Positions 1 to 10,865 of a stretch of 31,112 bases of DNA are shown here, piece after piece. This DNA is from Chiloscyllium plagiosum (Eukaryota): assembly GCF_004010195.1 (NCBI RefSeq), contig NC_057718.1, positions 83,090,215-83,121,326 of the forward strand, written 5' to 3'. Position 1 is the first letter of the stretch. Every line of letters starts with the position of its first letter. The notes beneath the pieces are model-generated. The model was not told where the DNA came from. It saw nothing but the letters and a program-made list of their open reading frames with translations, and ran no database searches. The position numbers were made by a program, and so were the translations under genes.

Positions 1-1174
1 CTGTGCTATGATTAAATGTGTTAGTCGTCACTACTTTTCTGAAGGACCTAGCATCTCAGTTGTATGCCTTAACAAAAAATGTATCCCTACTATCACTGGA
101 ATTCAAACTCTATGTGGAGAGGGTAACAACACACACCTTCACTATGATACCCCTAATGGCACCAATATTTTCCCAGTTATTGGAGGGGAAGAATCATTTT
201 GGGATGTTGACCATGTTTCTTATCAAGAAACTCACCTCATTAGTACTGGATGATTTTCACCCTCGGCACCCAGGGCCAAATTATGTAATCATGGATTATC
301 CACATACCCCAGGAAGTCACAAAGGTAGGACTGCATCTTTTTGTGAAGGTCCCTCTATTGCCTATGCTAAACCTGGATATTATTCTTTTCAGTTATAATA
401 AGGCAGCTAACTACCTTGTCCTGAATAGAGCAAGTAGTCCTCATGCCGTAGCTGTAGGAACACTATTTCCAACTCCTGTTCCCTGCCCAAGTACCTGGCA
501 ACGAGATCATAATTCCCTTTTTAAACATAGAGTTTCTGCTGACTTCTGTGCAGAATGGAAGAATCCAAAGATCATATCAAGAAGTAAAACACATTCATTG
601 GCAGATGCAGCGCTTAGTGTTCTTTCATTAGGAGAGTCCTTAAGAATTATTCGTCATCAAAACCCTAATTATCTCATTGGTGGACTCACCATTTTGGGAA
701 ATGAGACAACTGCTGCCTTGATAGAAGTTAGAAATGCTCTCAGAATTGCGCCTATTTACCCAACAAAACCGATTACATACTTGCGAAGGAAGGTGGATTT
801 TGCATGGTAATTAAAGGAAAATGCATTATGAGGGTCACTGATCTTTTCGAAAACATTACTAGACATATTGATAATATTCACACTTTTGTCAACTAAATGA
901 ACAAAGGTGCGGGATGTGAAGATTGGGGTTTGGCTCATAGTACAACAGATTAATTAATATGTCTTTGTATCGTGCTATTGTTTTAATTGGTGTTTTTGTT
1001 GGTATTGCTATAGTTAAGGGTATTATTGCTAAAATATTAACTTCTATTGACAATATTGGTTCCAATCTGAAAATGCTTCTTCTTTACTCAAATAATGATG
1101 AGGAAACATCATTGGCTGCCCTTGATTCCTCTTCAGAGGAAGAAGAAGTATGGCAGTCTTTTGGATTGGATTAA
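1..1174 (+). pseudogene. env: Endogenous retrovirus env gene, 3' part (SU end plus TM), frameshifted with in-frame stops
   Basis: Joining frames gives a heptad region GLTILGNETTAAL, an immunosuppressive-domain-like SELRLFTQQNR (740-772) and DYILAKEGGFCMVIKGKCI (771-827, CX6C), then NIT glycosylation site, a hydrophobic membrane anchor (about 960-1030) and an acidic tail. It lies directly upstream of a PPT and LTR. Confidence 0.85.
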
Positions 1175-1212
1175 TTTGATCCATGCCTTTATGGTGTAGT
1201 CATACAATGACC

Positions 1213-1223
1213 AAAGGGGGGAA
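1213..1223 (+). other. Polypurine tract of the ERV
   Basis: AAAGGGGGGAA immediately before the TG that starts the LTR. Confidence 0.85.
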
Positions 1224-1864
1224 TGAGGATCTAAAATTTGAATTTAGACAACAAAAATATGTAGATTTTCATTATAACAAAATGGTTTCTCGATTTAAAA
1301 GAATACTATAAAATGGCCTGTGAACCATACTGCTGATTTGTAGAATTAAGCTGCAGTTCATAGATAAGAGGACAATAGTTTTCAAAAGGTGAATACTGAC
1401 ACATTAATTGACCATTTGAACGAACCTTGAACCAGTACATGGCATGACAATTTACGTAAATAAGATATCTCTTAGCATAAAATATCATTGGATTAGCCTG
1501 TCTTCAATCATGTCACCTTATTACGGTTGATTGGACCTTTCTTGATATTAAGAACCCTTTCCCAGGAAATATCATTGGATTAACTTACTGTAAACCATGT
1601 TATTATATGTGATTGGTCTTTCTTGTAATTTAGGAAGTACTATTTCTTTAAAAAAAATATAAATAATGTGTAACTTTCAAATGTAATTGCGCAACTTCAC
1701 CCCGGAACACGGAAGCTTCAATCTTTGTGTTGCTGGATAGAATTGTGTCAAGGTATCTTAATTCAATAAACTAATGAACCTTGCTTTTTGAATAGACCGC
1801 ATTTGTCAATTCCTTTGACCAATCTCGAACCAGGAGGCTCCTCTTGAGGGGACGCAGATCTTCA
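1224..1864 (+). mobile_element. 3' LTR of the endogenous retrovirus (641 bp)
   Basis: Starts TGAGGATCT and ends AGATCTTCA (9-bp terminal inverted repeat, 1 mismatch, TG...CA). TATAAA at 1658-1663, AATAAA at 1765-1770, duplicated U3 block. Confidence 0.85.
1480..1663 (+). promoter_or_regulatory. LTR U3 promoter: duplicated enhancer block with four inverted CCAAT boxes and a TATA box
   Basis: AAATATCATTGGATTA at 1480-1495 and 1567-1582. ATTGG at 1487, 1530, 1574 and 1612. TATAAA at 1658. Confidence 0.65.
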
Positions 1865-2477
1865 GTTGAACATCAATCTGTGAAACCTTGCTTTATATGG
1901 CCATAATACATGGTAACAATGAGCTCCTGGTCAACCAGAACTGTGTGGTAGCAACAGCGAAACAGCTTGCCCATGTTAATAGACTTCATTGACAAGTTCT
2001 CGTTTCAAGTGACATCCAGACAGAGAGAGAAAACATGCCATCAAAATGAAGGGGAAATCCAGAATCCATAAGAATTTGAACATTTGCTTAAGATTCAGAC
2101 AAGCTCAACAGAGAGCCCACTGTGATTGAGAATTCCTATTTGTCTAACTTGTCACAGGCTGTCCAGTGGTTTTCCAAGTGCATACGAAATATGTAAAATC
2201 TGAAAAATGGATGAGAGTTGCATTCTGAAGAAGTTCAACTTGTGCTAATATTATTGAAGTTCTTGCACAAGCTCGAACCATCAGGAACATTAACTTAACA
2301 GAGCTTATGATGTAATTAGAGATTCTGTATTCCAATACAGTATTGATAGTCCCCCAAATACCAGAAAAGATTTACAAGGATGTTACCAGGGTTGGAGGAT
2401 TTGAGTTATACAGAGAGGCTGAACAGGCTGGGGCTGTTTTCCCTGCAATGTCAGAGGGTGAGGAAGGACCTTATAGA

Positions 2478-2759
2478 AGGAGACAGTGAGGTCTGCAGAT
2501 GCTGGAGATCAGAGATGGAAATGTGTTGCTGGAAAAGCGCAGCAGGTCAGGCAGCATCTAGGGAACAGGAGAATCGACGTTTCGGGCATTAGCCCTTCTT
2601 CAGGAAAGAAGTTCCTGAAGTTCTTGCACAAACTTCTTCAGAATGCAACTCTCATCCATTCTTTCCTGAAGAAGGGCTAATGCCCGAAACGTCGATTCTC
2701 CTGTTCCCTAGATGCTGCCTGACCTGCTGCGCTTTTCCAGCAACACATTTCCATCATCG
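2478..2759. mobile_element. Penelope-terminus-derived fold-back mini-element with perfect 97-bp inverted arms
   Basis: Arms 2514-2610 and 2659-2755 are exact reverse complements. 13-bp TSD AGGACCTTATAGA (2465-2477, 2760-2772). Arm resembles the terminus of the Penelope copy at 30420-30505. Confidence 0.85.
2664..2695 (+). ncRNA. Putative minimal type I hammerhead ribozyme (mirror copy on the minus strand at 2574-2605)
   Basis: CTGAAGA (2666-2672), stem II GGGC-TAAT-GCCC, GAAA (2686-2689), palindromic ACGT helix III, GTC cleavage triplet. Helix I is only about 2 bp. Confidence 0.6.
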
Positions 2760-3596
2760 AGGACCTTATAGAGGTTTACAAAATCATGAGGGGCATGGAT
2801 AGGATAACAGACAGAGTCTTTTCCCTGGGGTGGGGAAGTCCAGAATTAGAGGGCATAGGTTTAGGGCGAGAGGGGAAAGATATAAAAGAGACCTAAGGGG
2901 CAACGTTTTCACACAGAGGGTGGTACGTGTATGGAGGAAGTTGCGGAGGCTGGTACAATTGAAACATTTAAAAGGCATTTGGATGGGTATATGAATAGGA
3001 AGGGTTTGGAGGGACATGGGCCGGGTGCTGGTAGGTGAGACTAGATTGGGTTGGGATATCTGGACGAGTTGGACCGAAGGATCTGTTTCCATGCTGTACA
3101 TCTCTATGATTCTATGCCTTAAGTTCCCACGCAGTGCAGTCGGAGGAGGAGCACACGGAGCTGTAAGTATAAACTAATTTTCCTCATGGATGCACAGCCT
3201 TGCTTCTAGGGAGCAGCACACGGAATAACTGAAACCAAACTGAAAAAGTGATGTCAGGAAAACTGTGACCTGATTGGCTGGTAGGAAATCTGTTCCTGAT
3301 TTAAATAAAGTCACTCCAAAACAATCTAAATTAAGTAATTGAGGATTAACTAGCTAATAAATTAACTAACTTAGTACAGATGACTAGGCAAATGTGCTGC
3401 AGCTGTATGATGTGGGAGTTGGCTGATCCCATTGTGAACTGCAGTGACCATATCTGCAGCAAGTGTTGGTTGCTGGAGGCACTCCGGCTCAGAATTGATG
3501 AGCTGAAATCTGAGCTTCAAACACTGCAGCACATCTGGGAAGGAGAGAGTTACCTGGACGCTTTATTTCAGGAGGCTGTCCCACATGAAAGATTAA

Positions 3597-3754
3597 GTAC
3601 AATTGCAACATTTAAGAGGCATTTGAATAGGAAAGGTTTGGAGGGATATGGACTGGGTGCTGGCATATGGGACTAAATTGGGTTGGGATACCTGGTCAGC
3701 ATGGACGGGTTGGACCGAAGGGTCTGTTTCCATGCTGTACATCTCTATGACTAT
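3597..3754 (+). mobile_element. Short CR1 3' end nested in ORF1 of the larger CR1
   Basis: Same 3' UTR and tail as 2950-3116 (GGACCGAAGGGTCTGTTTCCATGCTGTACATCTCTATGA), interrupting ORF1. Confidence 0.85.
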
Positions 3755-3851
3755 CACAAATTTGGTCAGTGGCCAGGGACTGCAGGGTGTGACTGTAACT
3801 TGCGTGGGTAGAGGGATTTAGTCGAGGAACCTAAGCTCTTGACCTTGCCCA

Positions 3852-4531
3852 ACAGGTACTTGCTCCTTGTGTGGATGAGGATCAGAGCTGTAGGGAGGAT
3901 GAACAAACTGACCATGGTACTGTGGTACAGGAGGCCATTCAAGAGGAGGCAGCAAAAAGACAAGTGGTAGTTGTAGGGGATTCTATAATTAGGGAATAGA
4001 TAGTATCCTTTGTAAGCAGGATTGGGAGTCCACATGGTATGTTGTCTACCAGGGTGTGGGACATTGCTGACCGGCTTGAAAGGATATTGGAAAGGGAAGG
4101 GGAGGATCCAGTTATGATCCACGTTGGGACAAACAATACAGGCAAGACTAGGAAAGAGGACTTGTTTAGGGATTATCAGGAACTAGGAATTACAGGTACT
4201 TGCTCCTTGTGTGGATCAGGATCAGAGCTGTAGGGAGGATGAACAAACTGACCATGGTACTGTGGTACAGGAGGCCATTCAAGAGGAGGCAGCAAAAAGA
4301 CAAGTGGTAGTTGTAGGGGATTCTATTATTAGGGAATAGATAGTATCCTTTGTAAGCAGGATTGGGAGTCCACATGGTATGTTGTCTACCAGGGTGTGGG
4401 ACATTGCTGACCGGCTTGAAAGGATATTGGAAAGGGAAGGGGAGGATCCAGTTATGATCCACGTTGGGACAAACAATACAGGCAAGACTAGGAAAGAGGA
4501 CTTGTTTAGGGATTATCAGGAACTAGGAATT
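3852..4531. repeat. 340-bp tandem duplication inside CR1 ORF1
   Basis: 3852-4191 and 4192-4531 differ at two positions that I could find (GGATG/GGATC, TATAA/TATTA). Confidence 0.95.
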
Positions 4532-7329
4532 AAATTAAAAAGAGCAGGTCCTCAAGTGTTATACTGCCCGAGCCACGTCCAAATTGGCATAGAATCATGA
4601 GAATAAGGGAAGTAAACACGTGGCTAAAAGAGTGGTGTGGGAAAGAGAGGCTCCCTCTCATGGGGCACTGGCATCAGTATTGGAACAGGAGAGATCTGTA
4701 CTGGGATGTTTCTACCTAAACTGAACTGGGACCGGTGTTCTAGCGAAAAGAATAAATAGAGTGGCCAACAGGACTTTAAACTAGGAAGTGAGGTGGGGCG
4801 CAGGGGGAAAGGGAAATCTCCATGAAGTATAATGACCAATGGGAAGTAAAGTTGCACGTTAGCATCCATGGGGGTGTTTTCAACTGCATTGAAAAATATG
4901 GAAAAAAAAATGAAAGAAGAACTGATGGGAGGTGATTAAAGTCTCCAGCACACAAATAGGACAGAGTGAGAAGGGTTAGGAATTAAACTTCAAACACACT
5001 GGATAAATGAATAACAATGAAAAGAGGGATAGTCAATGCAGGACTGAAGGTGTTGTAACTGAATATGCGCATTATACGAAATAAGATAGATGAGCTTGTG
5101 ATGCAGATTGAAATTGGCAGGTATGATGTGGTGGACATCACAAAGATACGTCTGCAAGGGGATCAGGTCCGGGAGCTAAACATCTGAGGATATACATCCT
5201 ATCAGAAAGACAGACAGAGGGGGTGGGGTTCTCTTGCTGGTGAAAAATGAAACTAAATCAATAGCAATAAAAGAAACAGGATCAGATGATGTAGAACCTG
5301 TGTGGGTAGAGTTGAGGAATCCTAAAGATAAAAAAAAAGTATGGAAGTTATCTACAGGCGTCCAAACAGTAGTCAGGATTTGAAGCACAACATACACCAG
5401 GAGATAGAAAAGGCGTGTAAGAAAGGCAAAGTTAAAGTGATCATGGGGGATTTAAATATGCAGGTGGACTGGGAAAATCAGCTTGATAGCGAATTGCAAG
5501 AAAAGGAATTTGTGGCATGTCTGAGAGATGGCTTTGGAGCAGCTTGTGGTGGAGTCCACTAGGGAACAGATAATTCTGGATTTAGTGTTGTGCAATGAGA
5601 CAGACTTGATAAGGGAGCTTAAAATGAAGGAACCCTTAGGAGGCAGTGATCATAATACAATAGAATTTACTCTGCAATTTGAGAAGGAGAAGGTGGAATC
5701 AGATGGAATGGTATTACAGCTGAATAAAGGCAACTTCAGAGGCATGAGGGAGGAACTGACCAGAATTGATTGGGAGAGGAGCACAGCAGCAAAGACAGTG
5801 GAACAGCAACGGCAGGAGTTTCTGGGAGTAAGTTGGAAGACACAGTAAAAATTCATCACAAGGAAAAGGAAGCATACTAAAGAGAGGATGAGGCAACCAT
5901 GGGTGACTAGGGAAGTCAGGGATAGCATAAAAGCAAAAGAGAAAGCATATAATGTGGCGAAAGGCAGTGGTAAGTCAGAGGATTGGGGAGCCTGCAAAGA
6001 CCAAAAGACGACAATGAAGAAAGAAATAAAGGAGGGAGAAGATTAAATATGAGGATAAGCTAGCTGGTAGTATTAGGAAAGATTGCAGCAATTTCTTTAG
6101 ATATCTAAAGGACAAAAGAGGGAAAAGAGGACATTGGGGCACTGGAAAATGATGCTGAAGAACTCATAATGGGGAACAAAGAAATAGCTGAGGAACTGAA
6201 TAAGTACCTTGTGGCAGTCTTCATGGTGGAAGACACAAGTAACATCGCAAAACTTCGAGAGAGTCCGGGGAGAGAAATCAGTAGGGTGGTCATCACCGAG
6301 GAGAAGGTGCTAGAAAAGCTGAACGGGTCTGAAAGTGGATAAATCACCTGGACCAGATGGGCTACACCCTAGAGTTCTGAAGGAGATAGCTGAAGAGATA
6401 GTGAAGGCTCTCGTAGTGATCATTCAGGAATCACTGGAGTTAGGGAAGGTCCGAGAGGATTGGAAAATTGCTAATGTAATCTCTCTGTTTCAGAAGGAAG
6501 CCAGGCAAAAGATGGGATGGCCAATTAGCCTGTCCTCAGTCATTGGTAAGATTTTGGAGTCCATTGAGAACAATCAAGGGGAGGTCATGCCTTACAAATC
6601 TGTTAGAATTCTTTGGAGGACATAACAATAGGGTTAGATCAAGGACAGCCAATGGATATATCTATCTGGACTTCAAGAAGGCCTTTGATAAAGTGCCTTA
6701 GGAGACTGCTGAATAAGGGCCCATTGTCAGAGAGGCAAGCTACTAGCATGGATAGAAGCTTGGCTGTCTGGCAGAAAGCAGAGAGTGGGGATAAATGGGT
6801 CCTTCTCAGGATGACAGCTGGTGTTCCACAACGGTCAGTGTTGGGACCACAACCTTTCACTTTATAAATTAATGATCTGGATGAAGCAACTGAGGGCATT
6901 CTGGCTACATTTACAGATGATACAAAGATAGGTGGAGGGGCAAGTAGTATTCAGGTGGTGGGCAGGCCACAGTAATTTTTGGATAGGTTAGTAGTGTGGG
7001 CAAAGAAGTGGCAGATGAAATACAACGTGGGAAAGTGTGAGAAAATGCACTTTGGTAGGAAGAATAGAGTTGTGGACTCATTTTCTAAATGGGGAGAAAA
7101 TTCAGAAGTCTTAAGTGCAAAAGGGAGTTGGGAGTTAGAGTCCAGAATTCTCTTAAGGTAAACTTGCAGGTTGAGTCAGTAGTTAGGAAGGCAAATACAA
7201 TGTTGGCATTCATCTCAAGAGGATTAGAATACGAAAGCAGGGATGTACATCTGAGGTTTAAAAGGCTCTAGTCAGACCACATATTAGCATTGTAAGCAAT
7301 TTTGGACCCCATACCTTAGGAAAGATGTA

Positions 7330-7965
7330 CAGAGGAACCTCGATTATCTGAATATTAATTATCCGAAATTCGGATCATCCAAAGGAGATCTTGAGGTCCG
7401 ACAGAAACATTACATTAAAGACGTGTTTCCAACAGTGATCACGTCTTTTGTTTAGAGTGATTAAACAGAGAAGAAGGGCTTATGCCAGAAACGTCGACTC
7501 TCCTGCTCCCTGAATGCTGCCTGACCTGCTGCGCTTCTCCAGCAACACATTTTCAGCACCATCTCCAAATGACTAACCTCCCACCCTCTTTCTCTCTCTC
7601 TCTCTCCACCCCCACACTTTCCCTGGAGTTCTACAGAGGCATGTACCCTAAAACCCCCTTCTCCAGATAATCTCTCTAACATTGTCCTGTATAGGGCATA
7701 GGTGAAACCTGTCAAAAAGTTGCAGTAAAAAGTTGTGTGTGTGTGGGCACACGAGTGCTATTTGGAGACTTACCCCACAAAGGCAGTTGCAGCAGCAGTC
7801 TTGTTGTTGGTGTACAGTCCGGCTGCCCCGGAGAGGGGGCAGGGAATGGAGACGGAACTGGGGGGTTGAGGGTGGTGTTGGGGGGACTGGGGCAGTGTTC
7901 AACAGGGGCAGTGTTGGACAGGGGCAGTGCTGGACAGGGCTGGGGGCGGTGTTGGATGGGGCAGG
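7330..7965. mobile_element. Tc1/mariner-pogo (Tigger-like) non-autonomous DNA transposon, left end; right boundary uncertain
   Basis: TA followed by CAGAGGAACCTCGATTATC, matching the TIR of the MITE at 21704-21858. It truncates the CR1. No right TIR found. Confidence 0.5.
7469..7567 (+). mobile_element. Single arm of the Penelope-derived hammerhead repeat (degenerate)
   Basis: GAAGAAGGGCTTATGCCAGAAACGTCGACTCTCCTGCT...CAGCAACACATTT is homologous to 2668-2750. The CT of the core is missing. Confidence 0.8.
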
Positions 7966-7968
7966 GGA
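7889..7968. repeat. G-rich minisatellite (about 16-bp unit GGGGCAGTGTTGGACA)
   Basis: Three to four imperfect tandem copies visible. Confidence 0.7.
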
Positions 7969-8029
7969 CAGTGGTTAGCAATTGTTGTCCAAGGCTGGAA
8001 TCAAACCCAGGTCCCTGGCGCTGTGATGA

Positions 8030-9045
8030 TGTTGGCTACTTTCCTGAGGCAGGGGAAGCACAGACAGAGTCAATGTAATGAAGGCTGGTTTTCATGATGG
8101 ACTGGGCTGCGATCAAACTCTGTAATTTCTTGCAGTCTTGGGTACAACAGTTGCCATACCAAGATGTGATGCATCTGGATAGGATACTTTCTATGGAGTA
8201 TCTATAATAAATTGGTAAGTGTCATTGCAGACATGCTGAGTTTCAAAGAGTCATAGTGATATATAGCACAGAAACAGACCCTTCAGTCCAACTCATCCAC
8301 ACTAACCAGATATCCAAAATTAAGCAAGTCTCATTGCTAGCATTCAGCCCATATCCGTCTAAACCCTTCCTATTCATATACCCATCCAGATGATTTTAAA
8401 TGTTGTGATTGTACCAGCCTCCATCACTTCCTCTGGAAGTCCATTACTTACACACACCATCCTCTGTATGAAAAGTTACCCCTTAGGTGCCTTTTAAATC
8501 TTTCCTCCATTGCCTTACAATTATGCCCTCTAGTTTTGGACTCCTCTACCTCTTGATTATTCACCCTATCATACCCCTCATGATTTTATAAACTTTTATA
8601 AGGTCACCCCTCATTGACTACAATGAACAAGGCCTTGGGGTATTCCAACCACCCAAGACTTTTTGTAGCAGTGTATGATTGATCAAGTGCACTCTTCACT
8701 TCCTCATGGGTTAGAATGTAAACTGCTGTCAGGATAACAGAAGGGAACTCCAGCAGCAGGTAGTAGGAGCAGCACTTCGTTGTTAGATATTCTAGGTCCA
8801 GGGAGCAGTAACTCACCAGGGTCACCACATCTGAGCACCAAGAGGTATTGATCAGGAGGCAGACTCCTCCACCCTTTGCCTTGCTTGAGAACACCATGCA
8901 GTCCATGTGATGATTTGAGAAGCCCTCAGGTTGTTAGGCACAGTCAGGAGAAGCAAGAGTGAGCCATGTCTGTAAAACAGAAGTCTCTGAATTCTCTTTG
9001 GTGGGGGAGCCTAGCTTGATATTCATCCAGTTTGTTTTCAATGGC
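8030..9045 (-). mobile_element. Rex1/Babar-like LINE remnants (endonuclease part 8606-9045, 3' part 8030-8245), split by a CR1
   Basis: Minus ORF KGGGVCLLINTSWCSD...LEYL...VILTAVYI...ALFIV resembles the Rex1 APE domain. Confidence 0.7.
8247..8605 (-). mobile_element. CR1 LINE 3' fragment
   Basis: Reverse complement of the 3' region seen at 2760-3116. Confidence 0.88.
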
Positions 9046-9109
9046 TGGGACATTTGCCAGGAGTATGATAGGGAGGGGGAAACTTGAAACCACGTTGTTT
9101 CAGTCTCAC

Positions 9110-9331
9110 CTGTACGTCACCATTTTGACTTGGAGATATAGCACCATTCCTTCACTGTCGCTGGGTCAAAATCCTGGAATTTCCTTCCTATGGACATTGT
9201 GGGTCAACCTATAGCATTTAAATTGCAGCAGTTCAAGAAAGCAGCTCAACACCACCGTCTCTTGGGCAACTATAGACTAGCAATAACTACTGGCCAGCAG
9301 CAATGCCCATATCCCACAAGTGAATAAAAAA
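9110..9331 (+). mobile_element. LINE 3' end (CR1/L2 group), degenerate
   Basis: CCTGGAATTTCCTTCC...TTCAAGAAAGCAGCTCA (WNSLP...FK-like) followed by a 3' UTR ending in AATAAAAA. Confidence 0.5.
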
Positions 9332-9838
9332 TTGTATGTGACATTGGTTTGTTATTGAAAGGTGTACCACAAGTTTTCATTAAATCACTGACAAACTGTG
9401 GCAGCATTTCAGTCTCATTTTCTGTCTTTGATGGGTTGTATGGAAATGTGCTTTCATAGTGACCGAGGCTGTGATAGGTCAAAGTTTCATTTGTGAAGGT
9501 TGAACACATTTGAGGGAATAACAGTTAATTCACTGAAATTATGAAAAATTAAAAGTGCTGGCAGATATTGTCTGTGCCCACTGTTTAATTCAGATTGTTC
9601 AGTGTTATAGTTTTGTTTAAAAAAAGCCACAAGAGGACATTTATTTGCTTAATATTGTTTTCTTAATTTCTGATTTCTTCTAAAGTACATTCATGATGTT
9701 GAACTGCACAAAAGGAGAGGTTTTCTTGTGATTTCCATGCAGCTCAACACGTAAGACTTTTAAATTTGTTCTCACAATAATGGAACTTGTGGATTTTGGC
9801 ACTTGATTAGTCATCTCTGGCCAACATTTTGGAGGAAT

Positions 9839-9892
9839 TCATTTGTCTGCTTTGTTAATCTGGTCAGCTTCAAACAAACAATCCATCCTTTT
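9839..9892 (-). pseudogene. Possible degenerate cystatin exon 3 copy or alternative terminal exon
   Basis: Acceptor TTTCTCTTGTAG, phase-0 reading KRMDCLFE (compare KTFCKFE). A shifted frame gives LTRLTKQT (compare ETSLQNKM). Minus-strand AATAAA at 9640-9645. Confidence 0.35.
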
Positions 9893-10865
9893 CTACAAGA
9901 GAAACATTGGAATTCATACAATGCAAAACAGGTCAAACATTAGATTTAGTCCTTTCAGATTCTTTAAACTTGACTGACTTGGAACAGCACCTTGCAGGTT
10001 TCAACTGGAGCACACCAAGTGAAATAGGGAGGTTTTTCCTTAATCCTACTTAGATTTTTGTAAAAAGTGAAGGGCATCAGGAAGCTTTATAGTTTTGCAT
10101 CATAAACTTGTGCTCCTCAAATGTATTATCTGAGAGAAGTCTAGCCATCCTACCTTTTCCATGTACTGTATAAGGTGTACATCTGGCAAGCAGATACACC
10201 ATTCCTTAAAGCATGTAGGTAAGGGAATAGAAAATGGAAAATTGTACCCTTACCAGAATGAGAGCAGAGACCAGCATGGAGACAGCAAGTACCAGAGTGG
10301 AGCTGAGGCCTTCAGGTTTGGAGCCCAGCATAGTCTACAGACTTGGCCCAGACTGTCTGGAGGCTCGGTGCTGGCATGGACTTGGTGAAAAGACCAAACG
10401 TAGAGTACTTTTTAACAAGAAAACTTATTATTCTTATGCTGAACTTTTCATGAGTCAAGTCTGTAACACATACTTAAGCATTCTATACTTAAGTACCCAG
10501 TATCTAAAGTGACACCAAAGCAGCAACATTAGACTTCAACTCATTCGAGTTCACATAACAATAAAGGCTAATTCAATTCAGGTCCTGCAGACTTGTCTAC
10601 CCTAATGCTTCAAACATCTTTAGATTCAATGGGCACACAGACAAAAACATCTGCCAGAGTAGACAAAATCAGAAGCTTAGTGTGGGAGATTGCTCAGAAC
10701 ACTACCATCTGGAATTTCTCTCCCTCCTACAGCCAGAATCTGAGGGGCAGATTCAGGTTCAAAATCACTTCATCAGCCAGTACCCTCACATTGGGGGAAG
10801 ATCCAGCCACCCTGCATTAGTTGCGGTGTCATTCAGTCAGATGGCCTAACACAGGAAGGTCTCAC

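Larger units (their letters stand above)
2362..3116 (+). mobile_element. CR1 LINE 3' fragment, interrupted by a palindromic element
   Basis: RT C-terminal motif MLPGLEDLSYTERLNRLGLFSL...DLIE, CR1 3' UTR and (CTATGATT)-like tail. Confidence 0.9.
3121..7327 (+). mobile_element. Near full-length degenerate CR1 LINE (5' UTR, ORF1 zinc finger/leucine zipper/SGNH esterase, ORF2 APE and RT)
   Basis: ORF1 CCSC..CSKC plus coiled coil (from 3380), VVVGDS and VMIHVGTNN esterase motifs. APE motifs IMGDLN, LDLVL, GSDHN. RT motifs KSPGPDG, GVPQRSVLGP, FTDDTK. Many stops and frameshifts. Confidence 0.92.

Noticed and set aside
959..1174. 71-aa ORF as a separate retroviral accessory membrane protein
   Set aside because: Its position after the TM ectodomain fits the frameshifted Env membrane anchor and cytoplasmic tail.
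2514..2755. CRISPR-like repeat-spacer unit or classical DNA-transposon MITE
   Set aside because: It has a single inverted pair in a eukaryotic context. The arms are not terminal, TSD length varies among copies (10-13 bp), and the sequence matches Penelope termini.
7648..8078. Cluster of 80-113 aa ORFs
   Set aside because: They arise from G-rich low-complexity repeat sequence and show no recognisable domain.
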